A stretch of 33,403 nt of DNA, taken from NCBI GenBank assembly GCA_019894975.1, contig JAGXNO010000040.1, positions 1 through 33,403 of the forward strand, given 5' to 3'. The position numbers and the translations under genes are program-made. The DNA is from Promethearchaeota archaeon (GTDB taxonomy: Archaea > Asgardarchaeota > Lokiarchaeia > Sigyniarchaeales > SOKP01). Under the pieces are notes generated by a model, which searched no databases, was not told the DNA's origin, and saw nothing but the letters and a program-made list of their open reading frames with translations. This document shows positions 1 through 9,691 of the stretch, piece after piece; positions within the stretch are counted from its first letter, which is position 1, and each line of letters begins with the position of its first letter.

Positions 1-748
1 CTATAAAGAAATGCTTGACTCTGAGGAATTAGATATTGTAGAAATCTTATAACCTCATCATTTACATAGTGAGGTAACTATTTATGCTGCTCAAAAACAA
101 TTAAAAGGGATAAGTGTTCAAAAACCCATGGCAAACACCATTGAAGAGTGTGATAAGATGATTAATGCTTGTAAGGAAAATAATATAAAACTAAAAGTCT
201 ATGAGAACTTCACATTCTACCCTCCTATAATGAAAGCAAAGCAATTAATACAAGAAGGAGTCATTGGTGAAGTCAATTCTATTCATATTAAAACTCTCGA
301 AGCGGGTGGAGGAGGGGGTTGGAAAGTTCCACCAAGCGCATGGAAATGGAGATATGATGCGAAAACCTGTGGGGGCGGTTTAGAAGTTGGATCTCCATGT
401 GTATTTGATGATGGTTTTCATAAATTCTGGTTAGCATTGCATTTTATCGAAGAAAAAATCGATAAAGTCTATTCCTGGATCGATAGAAAAGTAATGGATT
501 TACCTGCTTATTTAATGTGGAGATATCAAACTCCTGAGGATGCCCTTGTTCATAAATATGGGACTATGGAATATAACCAATTACCTGACATGTATTTACC
601 CAGTTCATATTATGCTGAAGATGATTTTATCTCACTAACGGGATCAAAAGGAGCTATGTGGATTAACCAAGCGACAGCGGGAGGAAATGTGATGTCTGAT
701 TCTGAGATTTTTCCCGCAATTGTAATTTTTAGAGACGGAAAACTCACA
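1..748 (+). pseudogene. Gfo/Idh/MocA-family oxidoreductase, 5'-partial, with in-frame TAA at 50-52 and a replaced C-terminus
   Basis: The frame from base 2 reads YKEMLDSEELDIVEIL*PHHLHSEV...VQKPMANTIEECDKMINAC, the typical D-V-x-I-x-TP-xx-H and KP motifs. DDGFH follows downstream. Similarity ends near RDGKLT (~748). Confidence 0.75.
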
Positions 749-1222
749 TTTATTAACCTGTTTTTCTTATTCTTTATGTTGTTCTTCTTATATTTTATGG
801 CAAGAAACATAGAATTTAGTTATGGCCCCTCTTTTTTAATAAAGCTGTTTATTATAAGTGGGCTATTTTCAGCATTATTCTATATTCTACTTAGATTATC
901 ATTACTTGGTATTTATCCATTAAATGAACCAATCTGGGTTGGAGATGGATATATATCTGGGGTGTATGTTGGATTAGCATGGGGGGGGATATATGGGTTA
1001 ATTTCATATATAATCTTTCCAATGATGAGACGTGAAGTAAGAGCATTTATTCCAATGAGAATGTCAGGAAGAAGTTTTTTAATAATACTTGTATCAATAC
1101 GTTTAATTTTTGGTTTGTGGTATGCGTTTTCTGGTCTCTTTTATTTATTAACTTATCTACCGGAATTAGGAGGAATCTTAGGCTCCTATTTAGTTTATAA
1201 ATACAATTTTATAAAAAGATAA
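749..1222 (+). CDS. C-terminal multi-TM segment resembling a rhomboid-superfamily protein without catalytic residues (in frame with the oxidoreductase in ORF 128..1222)
   Basis: FFMLFFLYFMARNIEFSYGPSFLIKLFIISG resembles rhomboid TM2-TM3. VGLAWGGIYGL sits where GASGAIYGL is expected and PELGGILG where AHLGGxxG is expected. Confidence 0.55.
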   Translation, partial: FINLFFLFFMLFFLYFMARNIEFSYGPSFLIKLFIISGLFSALFYILLRLSLLGIYPLNEPIWVGDGYISGVYVGLAWGGIYGLISYIIFPMMRREVRAFIPMRMSGRSFLIILVSIRLIFGLWYAFSGLFYLLTYLPELGGILGSYLVYKYNFIKR

Positions 1223-1285
1223 TAATCTAACTTATCTTAAAATTATTAGTGAATCCAATTCGAATTTAAAAAGGTGATTGATGAA

Positions 1286-1597
1286 ATGTTATTTGTAACC
1301 ATTTGGGAATTAAATCCAGATTTTGATCCTAGTAAGTTAACTGAGTTGGCACAAACATTTATGAGCAAAAACTTATTCCCCGCTGAAGGAATTGAAGTGA
1401 TTGGTTGGTATATTACTCCTGAATATTGGGGATTAACCATATCAAAAGCTGAGAGTGAAGAGGCTATAATTAGAGAAGCAACGGGGTGGAGAATTGCTAT
1501 GCCAGGTATTTTTAAAAAATTTAAAACAGCTCCTGCAATGGAAGTTGCTCAAGCATTGCCAATTGTGACCAAATTAGCAAAAAAAATTAGAGACTAA
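1286..1597 (+). CDS. DUF3303-like small protein
   Basis: MLFVTIWEL...PAEGIEVIGWY...AESEEAI...KTAPAM pattern. GGTGA RBS precedes ATG 1286. Confidence 0.55.
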   Translation: MLFVTIWELNPDFDPSKLTELAQTFMSKNLFPAEGIEVIGWYITPEYWGLTISKAESEEAIIREATGWRIAMPGIFKKFKTAPAMEVAQALPIVTKLAKKIRD

Positions 1598-1685
1598 AAG
1601 ACTAAAAATCAAGACTTCTAATTTTCAATTTTCTTTTTTTGGCTTTTTTAATCAAGATTTTTTAAGGAAAAATAATTTTTATCAA

Positions 1686-2045
1686 TTAAAAATAGTTGAT
1701 TTGGTGTTGTTGATTCTTATTATCGAATATCACCACGTCATATGTGAAGTTAGGATTGATTCTTCCGGACTTGATCAATTTTCTGGGAATGCTAATTACT
1801 CGAGTATTTTTATCCCAAATCCCAGGTACAAGTCTAAGCCTCCTACTTTCTAAAAAGACGATACATCCTTCCTTATAAAATCTTCCCCCACGATTTGTGA
1901 TGTAAGAACTCAGATCGTCAAGGAGGTTTTTACAACCATCCTCCTCGAGTATATTCTTTCCATCCGGAGAAGTTATCTTAAGTAATAAATAATTACCATT
2001 TTTTCTTGATTCTCTATCTTGATTGCTTTTTCGCATTATTAACAC
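1686..2045 (-). CDS. hypothetical protein
   Basis: 119-aa ORF with no recognised motif. Confidence 0.5.
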   Translation of the reverse strand: MLIMRKSNQDRESRKNGNYLLLKITSPDGKNILEEDGCKNLLDDLSSYITNRGGRFYKEGCIVFLESRRLRLVPGIWDKNTRVISIPRKLIKSGRINPNFTYDVVIFDNKNQQHQINYF

Positions 2046-2088
2046 CAGTAGGATTAATATGATATAATTTTTTATTAATATTTAGTTT

Positions 2089-2556
2089 TTATGTTAATTT
2101 AAGAATTTGTTTTGTCCCATATCCCTTTTTTTGGAGTTCTGGTTCAACACCTAACCAGGTCAGGGAATAATGGGATTCTTTCATAACATTTGCTTTTGTC
2201 TTCTCCGCAAATTCCATGCAAATTGCTGCTTTCTTTATAGTCTTAGCCCCCAGTTTATATAATGCCTTTAAAGCTCCATTTTTAATCAATTGCCATAATG
2301 ACATCTCATAATAATCTGAATGAACCCACATGACAACACCTTCGATTTTTGGTGTTAGGGCGTATGCTTTCCCAAATTTTAGAGAATTTTTAATTGAAAG
2401 CGCGTAAAAATAGTGTGCTTTGGTGCGACGGATTTCTTCATCAGGCTCTATTGCAACTGCTAAAGACCAGTTAATAAATGCTCTTTCTATTAGTTGCAAG
2501 ACATCTTTAAGATCTTGTTTAGTAATTTTATATAAGTCACTTAACTCTACTTTCAT
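2089..2556 (-). pseudogene. GNAT-family acetyltransferase, C-terminally truncated
   Basis: The acetyl-CoA motif A (LTWLGVEPELQKKGYGTK) is followed by a stop 7 codons later. The other frames also stop at once. Confidence 0.65.
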
Positions 2557-2844
2557 TGGATCACCTAATGAGATAATATGTACAATAAAGTATAAAAATA
2601 TATTATATTTTCCTCTTCAAATCAAACCGGAATTTTTAGTTTTAACTTACTTAATTTATCAGAGAAGATAGAGTAAAAGCGAATTAACTATTTTTTTGTT
2701 TTTATTTCATTTCTAACCGTGTTTTATGGTAGTTCAACTAAATTTCGTTAGTATTATCGTGGTATTATATACAACTATATATCCTTGTAAGCTTCAAAAC
2801 ATTAACGAAACATGTTTAAAAGAAAAGGGGTTTAAACAAAAAAT

Positions 2845-3006
2845 ATGAAATTAATAACATGCCATATCCCAGAAGCCTACCTTTCAGGAATAGAAGAATT
2901 AGTTAACATGAATTTGTATCCAAATCGTTCAGAAGTAATTCGTGTAGCAATAAGAGACCTTCTTAAGACTGAACTATCGGTAATCTTGAGGAAGGTTAAA
3001 GATTAA
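2845..3006 (+). CDS. 53-aa ribbon-helix-helix (CopG/Arc/MetJ) regulator, CdrS-like; not in the ORF track
   Basis: Translated by hand as MKLITCHIPEAYLSGIEELVNMNLYPNRSEVIRVAIRDLLKTELSVILRKVKD*. YPNRSEVIRxAIRDLL is the archaeal RHH signature. Confidence 0.85.
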   Translation: MKLITCHIPEAYLSGIEELVNMNLYPNRSEVIRVAIRDLLKTELSVILRKVKD

Positions 3007-3139
3007 GGTCAAAAACTTTTTTCTTACTTTATTTTTATACAATTCGGGCTTAATTTGAATTCCTTTTTCCTATTGCTGATTTTAAATTGAAGATTTTGAA
3101 TTTCGAAATTTTATAAGGTTCTTTAAATTCTTCTTATTG

Positions 3140-4006
3140 ATGCCCTTTACCCATAGTGATTTTGATTTCATCGATGCGCATTGCCATTTTTTCCCCCCTC
3201 AAATATTCGAAGCAATTTGGAGCTATTTTGAACAAACAGATGATAATGGCAACACCAAAGGATGGCCAATTAACTATAAACTAAAAATAAAGGAAATGGT
3301 AAAATTTTTAGACTCGCAGAGTGTGAAGGCTTTTACAGCATATAATTATGCTCATAAGGAAGGAGTTGCAGATTATATAAATGAATGGGTGTATAAGTTC
3401 TGCCAAAAATACGAAAGAGCCATACCATTTGGTTGCGTTTGGCCAGAGGATAAAGATAGGGTCGATTATATAACCAAAATCTTTGATGAATACAATTTTA
3501 TTGGGATTAAAATCCAGCCGCTTGTTCAGAATTTCTATTTAGACGATATTAGGATGTATGAAATATATGACCTACTTCTTGATAGAGGAAAATGGCTTTG
3601 TGTTCATATTGGTACAGCCCCCTATAGGAATAAATATGTGGGATATAGAAATTTTATAAAATTCATAGAAAAATATCCTAATATGAAAATAATTGTCCCT
3701 CACATGGGTGCTTTTGAATACAAGAAATTTTTAAGATTATTGGATAAGTATGAAAATCTTTATTTAGATACGACAATGATCTACATCCCAGAAAATGTAT
3801 TCCCAGAAAGGATAGCTAAACGCCCTAAATCAGAAGAGTTAATCTCTTATCAAGATCGAATATTATTTGGGACAGATTTCCCAAATATACCATACGAATA
3901 CACTCTTTCTACTAAAGGTTTGTTAGGGTTAAACTTGCCTAAAAGTTTTTACGAGAATATTTTTTTTAACAACGCCAAACGTTTATTTAATCTTACTGTA
4001 ACATAG
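3140..4006 (+). CDS. amidohydrolase_2-family metal-dependent hydrolase
   Basis: IDAHCH, GIKIQP, VHIG, PHMG and ILFGTDFP motifs. Confidence 0.85.
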   Translation: MPFTHSDFDFIDAHCHFFPPQIFEAIWSYFEQTDDNGNTKGWPINYKLKIKEMVKFLDSQSVKAFTAYNYAHKEGVADYINEWVYKFCQKYERAIPFGCVWPEDKDRVDYITKIFDEYNFIGIKIQPLVQNFYLDDIRMYEIYDLLLDRGKWLCVHIGTAPYRNKYVGYRNFIKFIEKYPNMKIIVPHMGAFEYKKFLRLLDKYENLYLDTTMIYIPENVFPERIAKRPKSEELISYQDRILFGTDFPNIPYEYTLSTKGLLGLNLPKSFYENIFFNNAKRLFNLTVT

Positions 4007-4856
4007 CTAAACTTATTGACATTACAAACATTCCCGCGCAAATTCCCAAAATTGATAGGTGTTCATTTCCCAATGAACGAGACATCGGCAACAATTCATC
4101 TAAAGATATATAAACCATAAATCCACCAACGACAGATAACATAGCACCTAATAATTCATCACTAATAAAAGGAAAGAGGAAGAAACCAACTGCCAGAGCA
4201 CCTATTGGTTCACTAATTCCGGACACAAAAGACCATAGAAATGGTTTAACCTTGCTATCACTAGAAGATGATACGGTTGCTGCAACTGCGATTCCTTCAG
4301 GTATGTTATGCAGAGCAATTGCTATCGTAATTAGTAGTCCAAGTTCAAATTCCTTTAGAGTTCCTATAAAAGTTGCCATCCCCTCAGGAAAATTATGAAT
4401 GAAAACACCTAATGCAACTAACAATGAAGTTTTTCTTAACTGATTTTGTTGAGGAGAATGATGACGATGTTGGTGACGACGCTGTTGACCATGCTTAGGA
4501 TCATGCTTAGGACCATCCTTACCATGATGCCTATGGTTATAAGATAGTTCACTATCCTTTTCTAGATATGCATCATCTTCAAATTCATAATAATGAGAAA
4601 CACCCATATCAATTAAAAACATAATTCCCATGCCTAATAGGAAGAACGTTGTCCCTACAAGCATTCCATTTGTATTAATACCTTCTTGTAATAATTCTAC
4701 AAATGAAACAAGAATCATTACACCCGCGGAAAATCCCATAATAAAGGAAATAACTTTATTACTAGGTTTACCTAAAAAAAAGGCAATAAAACTACCTATT
4801 GTTGTTGATAATCCTGCAATCGTACTTAACAATAAAGCAGTTAATATAGGCTCCAT
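3993..4856 (-). CDS. zupT: ZIP-family (ZupT/GufA) divalent metal transporter with a His-rich loop
   Basis: GFSAGVM, HNFPEG, HNIPEG, SEPIGA and DELLP motifs. The loop contains HRHHGKDGPKHDPKHG...HQHRHH. Confidence 0.9.
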   Translation of the reverse strand: MEPILTALLLSTIAGLSTTIGSFIAFFLGKPSNKVISFIMGFSAGVMILVSFVELLQEGINTNGMLVGTTFFLLGMGIMFLIDMGVSHYYEFEDDAYLEKDSELSYNHRHHGKDGPKHDPKHGQQRRHQHRHHSPQQNQLRKTSLLVALGVFIHNFPEGMATFIGTLKEFELGLLITIAIALHNIPEGIAVAATVSSSSDSKVKPFLWSFVSGISEPIGALAVGFFLFPFISDELLGAMLSVVGGFMVYISLDELLPMSRSLGNEHLSILGICAGMFVMSISLAMLQ

Positions 4857-4922
4857 CTTTTAAGTGAGTTTTCTGTTGTAAATAGCTTATAAAGCTATTT
4901 TATAATTATGAAATTTTACAAT

Positions 4923-4936
4923 TTAGATATGTCTAA
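4923..4936. promoter_or_regulatory. palindromic operator TTAGA-N4-TCTAA upstream of zupT (DtxR/MntR-like box); second degenerate copy at 5071-5084
   Basis: TTAGATATGTCTAA lies 67 nt upstream of the zupT start. TTTGATATATCTAA at 5071-5084 differs at 2 positions. Confidence 0.45.
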
Positions 4937-5170
4937 TTTATGTTACTAACGTATCATTTATAAATATTATGAAATCTTTTACACTAAGCAGTAAAATAAG
5001 TATATTAAAATATAATATGAAATTCTATGTTTAAAAAGGTATGATAAGTTAGATTAACGAGTAATCTTAATTTGATATATCTAAAAGAGTTCAATCAAAA
5101 TAATGTTACTATTTATAATATTAATTCATTTTTGTATTTATCGTTAGGATTTACAAATTAGGATGATATT

Positions 5171-5662
5171 ATGAGAAAAGTTAGTGATGCTGATAAGTTA
5201 TTTTACTATGAAAGAAATTTTGTTACATTAGATGGATTATGGATGTTAGAAATTGAAAAGGAAATTGGGTGGGATAGAGCTCTAGAAATAGATGTAACGG
5301 TTTGGATAAAGCTTTTTAATATTATAATACGAAGACTTAAAAAATATCTAAACATCGAGACAAACACATTGAATGATTTGGTTGAAATTCTTACATTTCG
5401 CTGGTCAATAGAGGGTTGGAAATATAAAGTTAATAAAATTTCAGAATCTGAAGTAATAATTGAGGTAAACCAATGCCCTTATAAAGCTTCAATGGATAGG
5501 AACCCAGAACGTCATGATAAAATACCTTTAATTTGCAATGGTATGTGTTTTCCTTTTTATAAAGTTGCCTTCAATGAGTTTAATCCAGGGATCGTTTTTA
5601 ACAGGGAAAAAGCTATGGGTTTAGGTGATGATATATGTACTTTCCAATTTAAGCTTCAGTGA
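5171..5662 (+). CDS. DUF6125-like protein (V4R-related fold, Cys-containing)
   Basis: TLDGLWMLEIE, CPY, C..MC and DDICTFQF motifs. Confidence 0.6.
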   Translation: MRKVSDADKLFYYERNFVTLDGLWMLEIEKEIGWDRALEIDVTVWIKLFNIIIRRLKKYLNIETNTLNDLVEILTFRWSIEGWKYKVNKISESEVIIEVNQCPYKASMDRNPERHDKIPLICNGMCFPFYKVAFNEFNPGIVFNREKAMGLGDDICTFQFKLQ

Positions 5663-5672
5663 AACTTAGATA

Positions 5673-6074
5673 ATGTCAAATAAAACCCAGAAATATTATT
5701 TTTATGAGTTTTTAAAAATTTTACCCGCAATAGCACTAGCTTTAATCATTTTTTATTTTTCCTCGTTGAGTAATCCATATCCAACAGCACCTTCTAAATT
5801 CACCTTATTTTTTCTTAATCCTATGCTACATATATGCGAGTTTGGAGCTCTGTCTTTCCTTTTATTTTTTGGGTTATTTCCTAAAGTAAGAGCTTTTTTT
5901 TTAATTATATTATCTATAATTTATGCATTTCTTGACGAGCTCCACCAATATTTTGTGCCTTTTAGATATTTTGATATATTTGATTTCTTTTTAGATATCG
6001 TTGGGGTAATAGGTGGTTTCGTATTTTATTTATTCCTCAAATTCATACTAACTAGGATTAAAAGTAAAGATTAA
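5673..6074 (+). CDS. VanZ-family membrane protein
   Basis: IFYFSS, HICEFG and YAFLDELHQYFVPFR..D..D..LD motifs. Confidence 0.85.
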   Translation: MSNKTQKYYFYEFLKILPAIALALIIFYFSSLSNPYPTAPSKFTLFFLNPMLHICEFGALSFLLFFGLFPKVRAFFLIILSIIYAFLDELHQYFVPFRYFDIFDFFLDIVGVIGGFVFYLFLKFILTRIKSKD

Positions 6075-6161
6075 AGTAAAACTTACTAGATAATAAGAAT
6101 AAATGTTTACAATTTGAAAGTAATAAAAATGAGATCTTTTCAAAATTAGAGGATTCAAGTT

Positions 6162-6692
6162 ATGCCAAAAAACAAAAAAACTGGATGGTATGAACATTTA
6201 ACTGTCTTAATATTTGCTCAAGGTGTTTGGAATGAAAAAGATAGAGCAATGGTAAGAACTTCACTCCAAAACAAGCGAAACAAACCAACAGACAATCCCT
6301 ATCCTTTCTATCTTAAGCTAACGCATCGAAAAAATCCACCTGAATTTGCAGATTGTGAACTCTGTCACCATTTATATCAACTTTTTAAGGAAATTTGGGG
6401 ATCTAATGATGGTAGTTTTTACCAGGGCCATCATTATCTTGATTTTGAAAATGATGTCAAAGATATGAAGGATATGGCAAAACTAATACTTTCTTTCGAA
6501 AAAGTTAAAAAGTTTTATTTGCTGTATGTTAAGGGTTTTTCAGAAATAAAAACGACAGTTATTAAGGCAATGAGTTTAACTGAATTGAAAGAGAAATTAA
6601 TTAATAAAAGGTGTAGTCTTGAAGAATTTATACAAATTTTAAATAGGAATGAGTTTAAGAACAGAACAATCTATGAAGTAACAAGGTACTAA
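6162..6692 (+). CDS. hypothetical protein
   Basis: 176-aa ORF with a CxxCHH motif and no family recognised. Confidence 0.6.
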   Translation: MPKNKKTGWYEHLTVLIFAQGVWNEKDRAMVRTSLQNKRNKPTDNPYPFYLKLTHRKNPPEFADCELCHHLYQLFKEIWGSNDGSFYQGHHYLDFENDVKDMKDMAKLILSFEKVKKFYLLYVKGFSEIKTTVIKAMSLTELKEKLINKRCSLEEFIQILNRNEFKNRTIYEVTRY

Positions 6693-6717
6693 TCCTATAG
6701 AGTTTTAATAACTTGTT

Positions 6718-8601
6718 TTAATGATATATTTTACTGAAATACTTTACTCTATTTTTTACATCAGATATAATGATTTTTTTCTCCTTTTCTGTCATTAAAT
6801 AAAGTTTCATGATTGTATCATCAAGATTTCTGATTAATTCTTTTGTTCTTTCAGTCAAAAATCCCTCATTCTTTTCAAATAGTAAAATTATCTTATCGAC
6901 ATCATTTGCAAGCTTTACTTTTGTTTGATTATCTGACGTCGCAATCGGTAAATGTCGTATCATATATTGATTTAAATTAATAGTTGTATTCTTCTGATTA
7001 TTAATAGCGTAAATGCAATAAAATTGAATTAAGATTGAATTAAGAACAGCACACAAGTATTTTAGCTCGGCAGGATCATCATAAAGTAAAGAATAGATTG
7101 ATGATGTAAAGCAAACATTCTCTTCAGTATAAATTGCTTCAGGAATTATATTATTATGCTTAATGAGTAGTTTAGGTGAGAGATAATATTCAAAATTATT
7201 ACCTTTCAGGATGTCTGCATCAATTTCTTCTATGTTGAAAGAACGGTTTTTCCTGAGATAATAATACCTAAAATCATTTCGAGCGTTAATGAAAAAACAT
7301 GATTTTTGGGTTTGATTCGTTAATTTTTTTTTAACTAATGATAAACCCTTATCTTCTTCTCCTCTAATCATTTTTGGAAACATTTTAGGATTCAAATAAT
7401 TTAGGTCTCCGTTTTTCTCAATTTTATTAATAATTTGAAGATTGAGAGGATTTGGTTTAATTCTAATTCGATTCAATTCGACGGTTTTTGAACCACAATA
7501 GGGGCAGTTTCTATGATACGTATAAACATATAATTTTTTAGATTTTACACATAACGGGCATGTTACATTAAAACAAACTTTAAGTGAATCGACATCTTGA
7601 TTTGTATAGGTATTGATTCTTGAATTGGGGAAGTCATAAATCTCTAAATCTCGGGAATTCGCTTTTCTTTTATTTTCAAATAAAAGAACTTGTACTTCAT
7701 TCGTTGCATTTTTAAATTGTTTGGATCCTATATCAATTATTTTCAAAATATTTGCTTTTGAAAGGAACCGGTTTCGAAATTCGATGTATCCTTGTCTAAG
7801 AAGAAAGCTTTTTGGAACTAAAAATCCTACAATTTCACTAGCCCAATTTAACGCTTTAAGGATAAAGGCACAGTAAATATCATTGTAGAAGATCTTTTCC
7901 TTTTTGAAAAATTCTTTTTCATTACGATTTAGAATATTTCCATAGGGTGGATTTCCGAGTATAACGTCAAATCTAGGTATATTCGAATGAGTAAGTGTAT
8001 TAATTAATTTAAAATTACCTCTTAGTTGAGAAACAATTTGTGGCATGTCTTCATCATTTGCATCGTAGATCCAACCAAGTAATTTTAGAATTGATAAATT
8101 TAGGGCATCGATATTTATATCAAATCCATATAGGTTTTTTAGCAACTGTTTTTTTGTATCAAGTTTAGATAAGTTTGGATTTAGCGTTGTCACTATTTTA
8201 AAGATGATCTCCACGGCACTTAATAAAAATCCACCAGAACCACATGCAGGATCACAGATTGTGAGATTTAAAAGGATGTTGGTCAATTTTTGTTGCATTT
8301 CAATATTTAGTTTCCAGATATCTTTAATATCTTGAACCCTAACTGAATTTGAATTTTCTTCATTGAGTTTATTATTAACTAAAAGAAGTAAAGCTTCAAG
8401 CGAAATATAATTTGTTAAGGATTCATCGGTATAGAACACTCCTTCTTTTTTACGTCTATGATACAATTTTAAAAAATTTCTTTCAAAAGGTTCGATACGT
8501 TCATTTATAATTTGTAATTCTTGAAAATTCCTATTCTCAATATTGGTAAATATTGTCTCAATGAATTTTTTAAGGTGGTTGAGATTTTCTCCTTGTTCCA
8601 T
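6718..8601 (-). CDS. N6-adenine DNA methyltransferase (Eco57I/TaqI-like gamma class) with a TaqI_C-type C-terminal domain; no nuclease domain
   Basis: GVFYT, ICDPACGSGGFL, LYGFDIN, FDVILGNPPY and LKYLCAVLNS motifs. Confidence 0.85.
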   Translation of the reverse strand: MEQGENLNHLKKFIETIFTNIENRNFQELQIINERIEPFERNFLKLYHRRKKEGVFYTDESLTNYISLEALLLLVNNKLNEENSNSVRVQDIKDIWKLNIEMQQKLTNILLNLTICDPACGSGGFLLSAVEIIFKIVTTLNPNLSKLDTKKQLLKNLYGFDINIDALNLSILKLLGWIYDANDEDMPQIVSQLRGNFKLINTLTHSNIPRFDVILGNPPYGNILNRNEKEFFKKEKIFYNDIYCAFILKALNWASEIVGFLVPKSFLLRQGYIEFRNRFLSKANILKIIDIGSKQFKNATNEVQVLLFENKRKANSRDLEIYDFPNSRINTYTNQDVDSLKVCFNVTCPLCVKSKKLYVYTYHRNCPYCGSKTVELNRIRIKPNPLNLQIINKIEKNGDLNYLNPKMFPKMIRGEEDKGLSLVKKKLTNQTQKSCFFINARNDFRYYYLRKNRSFNIEEIDADILKGNNFEYYLSPKLLIKHNNIIPEAIYTEENVCFTSSIYSLLYDDPAELKYLCAVLNSILIQFYCIYAINNQKNTTINLNQYMIRHLPIATSDNQTKVKLANDVDKIILLFEKNEGFLTERTKELIRNLDDTIMKLYLMTEKEKKIIISDVKNRVKYFSKIYH

Positions 8602-8739
8602 TTTTAAACCTAATCTTATCCTACAACTATTAAATATCTATTATATAACACCTATATTTTTCAAGTTAAAATTATTTGTTGTTTATCTCTTATTTTCTTA
8701 TGATTTTTATAGTTATTTTTCTTTTATATAATAGAGATT

Positions 8740-9228
8740 ATGACGGAAAAACTAGAAGAAGAAAAAGATGGGGTTGCCCCAATCCGATCAGTAGTTAAAA
8801 AGATGAAAAAAGCTTATGATAGAGACCCGAAGGATTGGAGAGTCTTAGGATCACAAGATAGAGATGGAAATTTAGATACTATTATCACAAAGAGACCTGA
8901 TTATTATTGGTTAAAATCCAAGCAATTAAGCCCTTTTTCTGCGTTATCAATGGGTACGGTTGTAAGGAATATAGATAAGGATATTGACGAAAAGGTAGGC
9001 AGAAAAATGTCCCCCGATGATATGCTTAGATTCTTTGGAATGGTCGTTCCAATAAAAAAAAATAAAAGCATTATTGCTTCTGGCATTGAGAAATACTCAC
9101 AGGAAAAAGGGGATTACATGAAGAAAATTATTGATGAAAAGGATGCCAATTTGGATTACCATCTCCGTCATAAAATAGATCAAGAATTCATGCTTAAGCA
9201 TCCTCAGAGAAAAAACCTATATATCTAA
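8740..9228 (+). CDS. hypothetical protein
   Basis: 162-aa ORF with plausible composition. Confidence 0.65.
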   Translation: MTEKLEEEKDGVAPIRSVVKKMKKAYDRDPKDWRVLGSQDRDGNLDTIITKRPDYYWLKSKQLSPFSALSMGTVVRNIDKDIDEKVGRKMSPDDMLRFFGMVVPIKKNKSIIASGIEKYSQEKGDYMKKIIDEKDANLDYHLRHKIDQEFMLKHPQRKNLYI

Positions 9229-9280
9229 AACTATATATTCTCTTAATATCTTAGAACTAGAGTAAAAAATCAATTAGAAA

Positions 9281-9691
9281 TTAAACCTTTTCCTTTAAAA
9301 TGTTCAATTGGTCTTTACTTTTAATAATAGGGAGATTTGGAGAATAGGTATCTGAATTTTTGATTAATTCTGCGATAATAGAATTCATTTTCTCGCCTCC
9401 AGGCTTACCTTCGAGTGTTCCAGCGAATTCTTTTAATAATGGAACTTTCAAATCTTCCACATAGAATGAAACTCCTTTTTCAACTTCTTCAAGGAGAAAT
9501 TGAAACGATAAATCAGCATTCCTTTCAGTTTTAAGGAATGGTTCATCTGGATCTTCAAAAGTGTATGACACTTCAATCCAGCGTTCATTATCAGATGGAA
9601 TCATTCCAAAAATATAGTCAGAGGTGTGAAGCCAAAAAGGTATTCCTTTATCAAAAGACGAATCTACAATTGCTTTAAATTCCTCACTCAT
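9281..9691 (-). CDS. hypothetical acidic protein
   Basis: 136-aa ORF with an upstream GAGG RBS-like sequence. Confidence 0.65.
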   Translation of the reverse strand: MSEEFKAIVDSSFDKGIPFWLHTSDYIFGMIPSDNERWIEVSYTFEDPDEPFLKTERNADLSFQFLLEEVEKGVSFYVEDLKVPLLKEFAGTLEGKPGGEKMNSIIAELIKNSDTYSPNLPIIKSKDQLNILKEKV

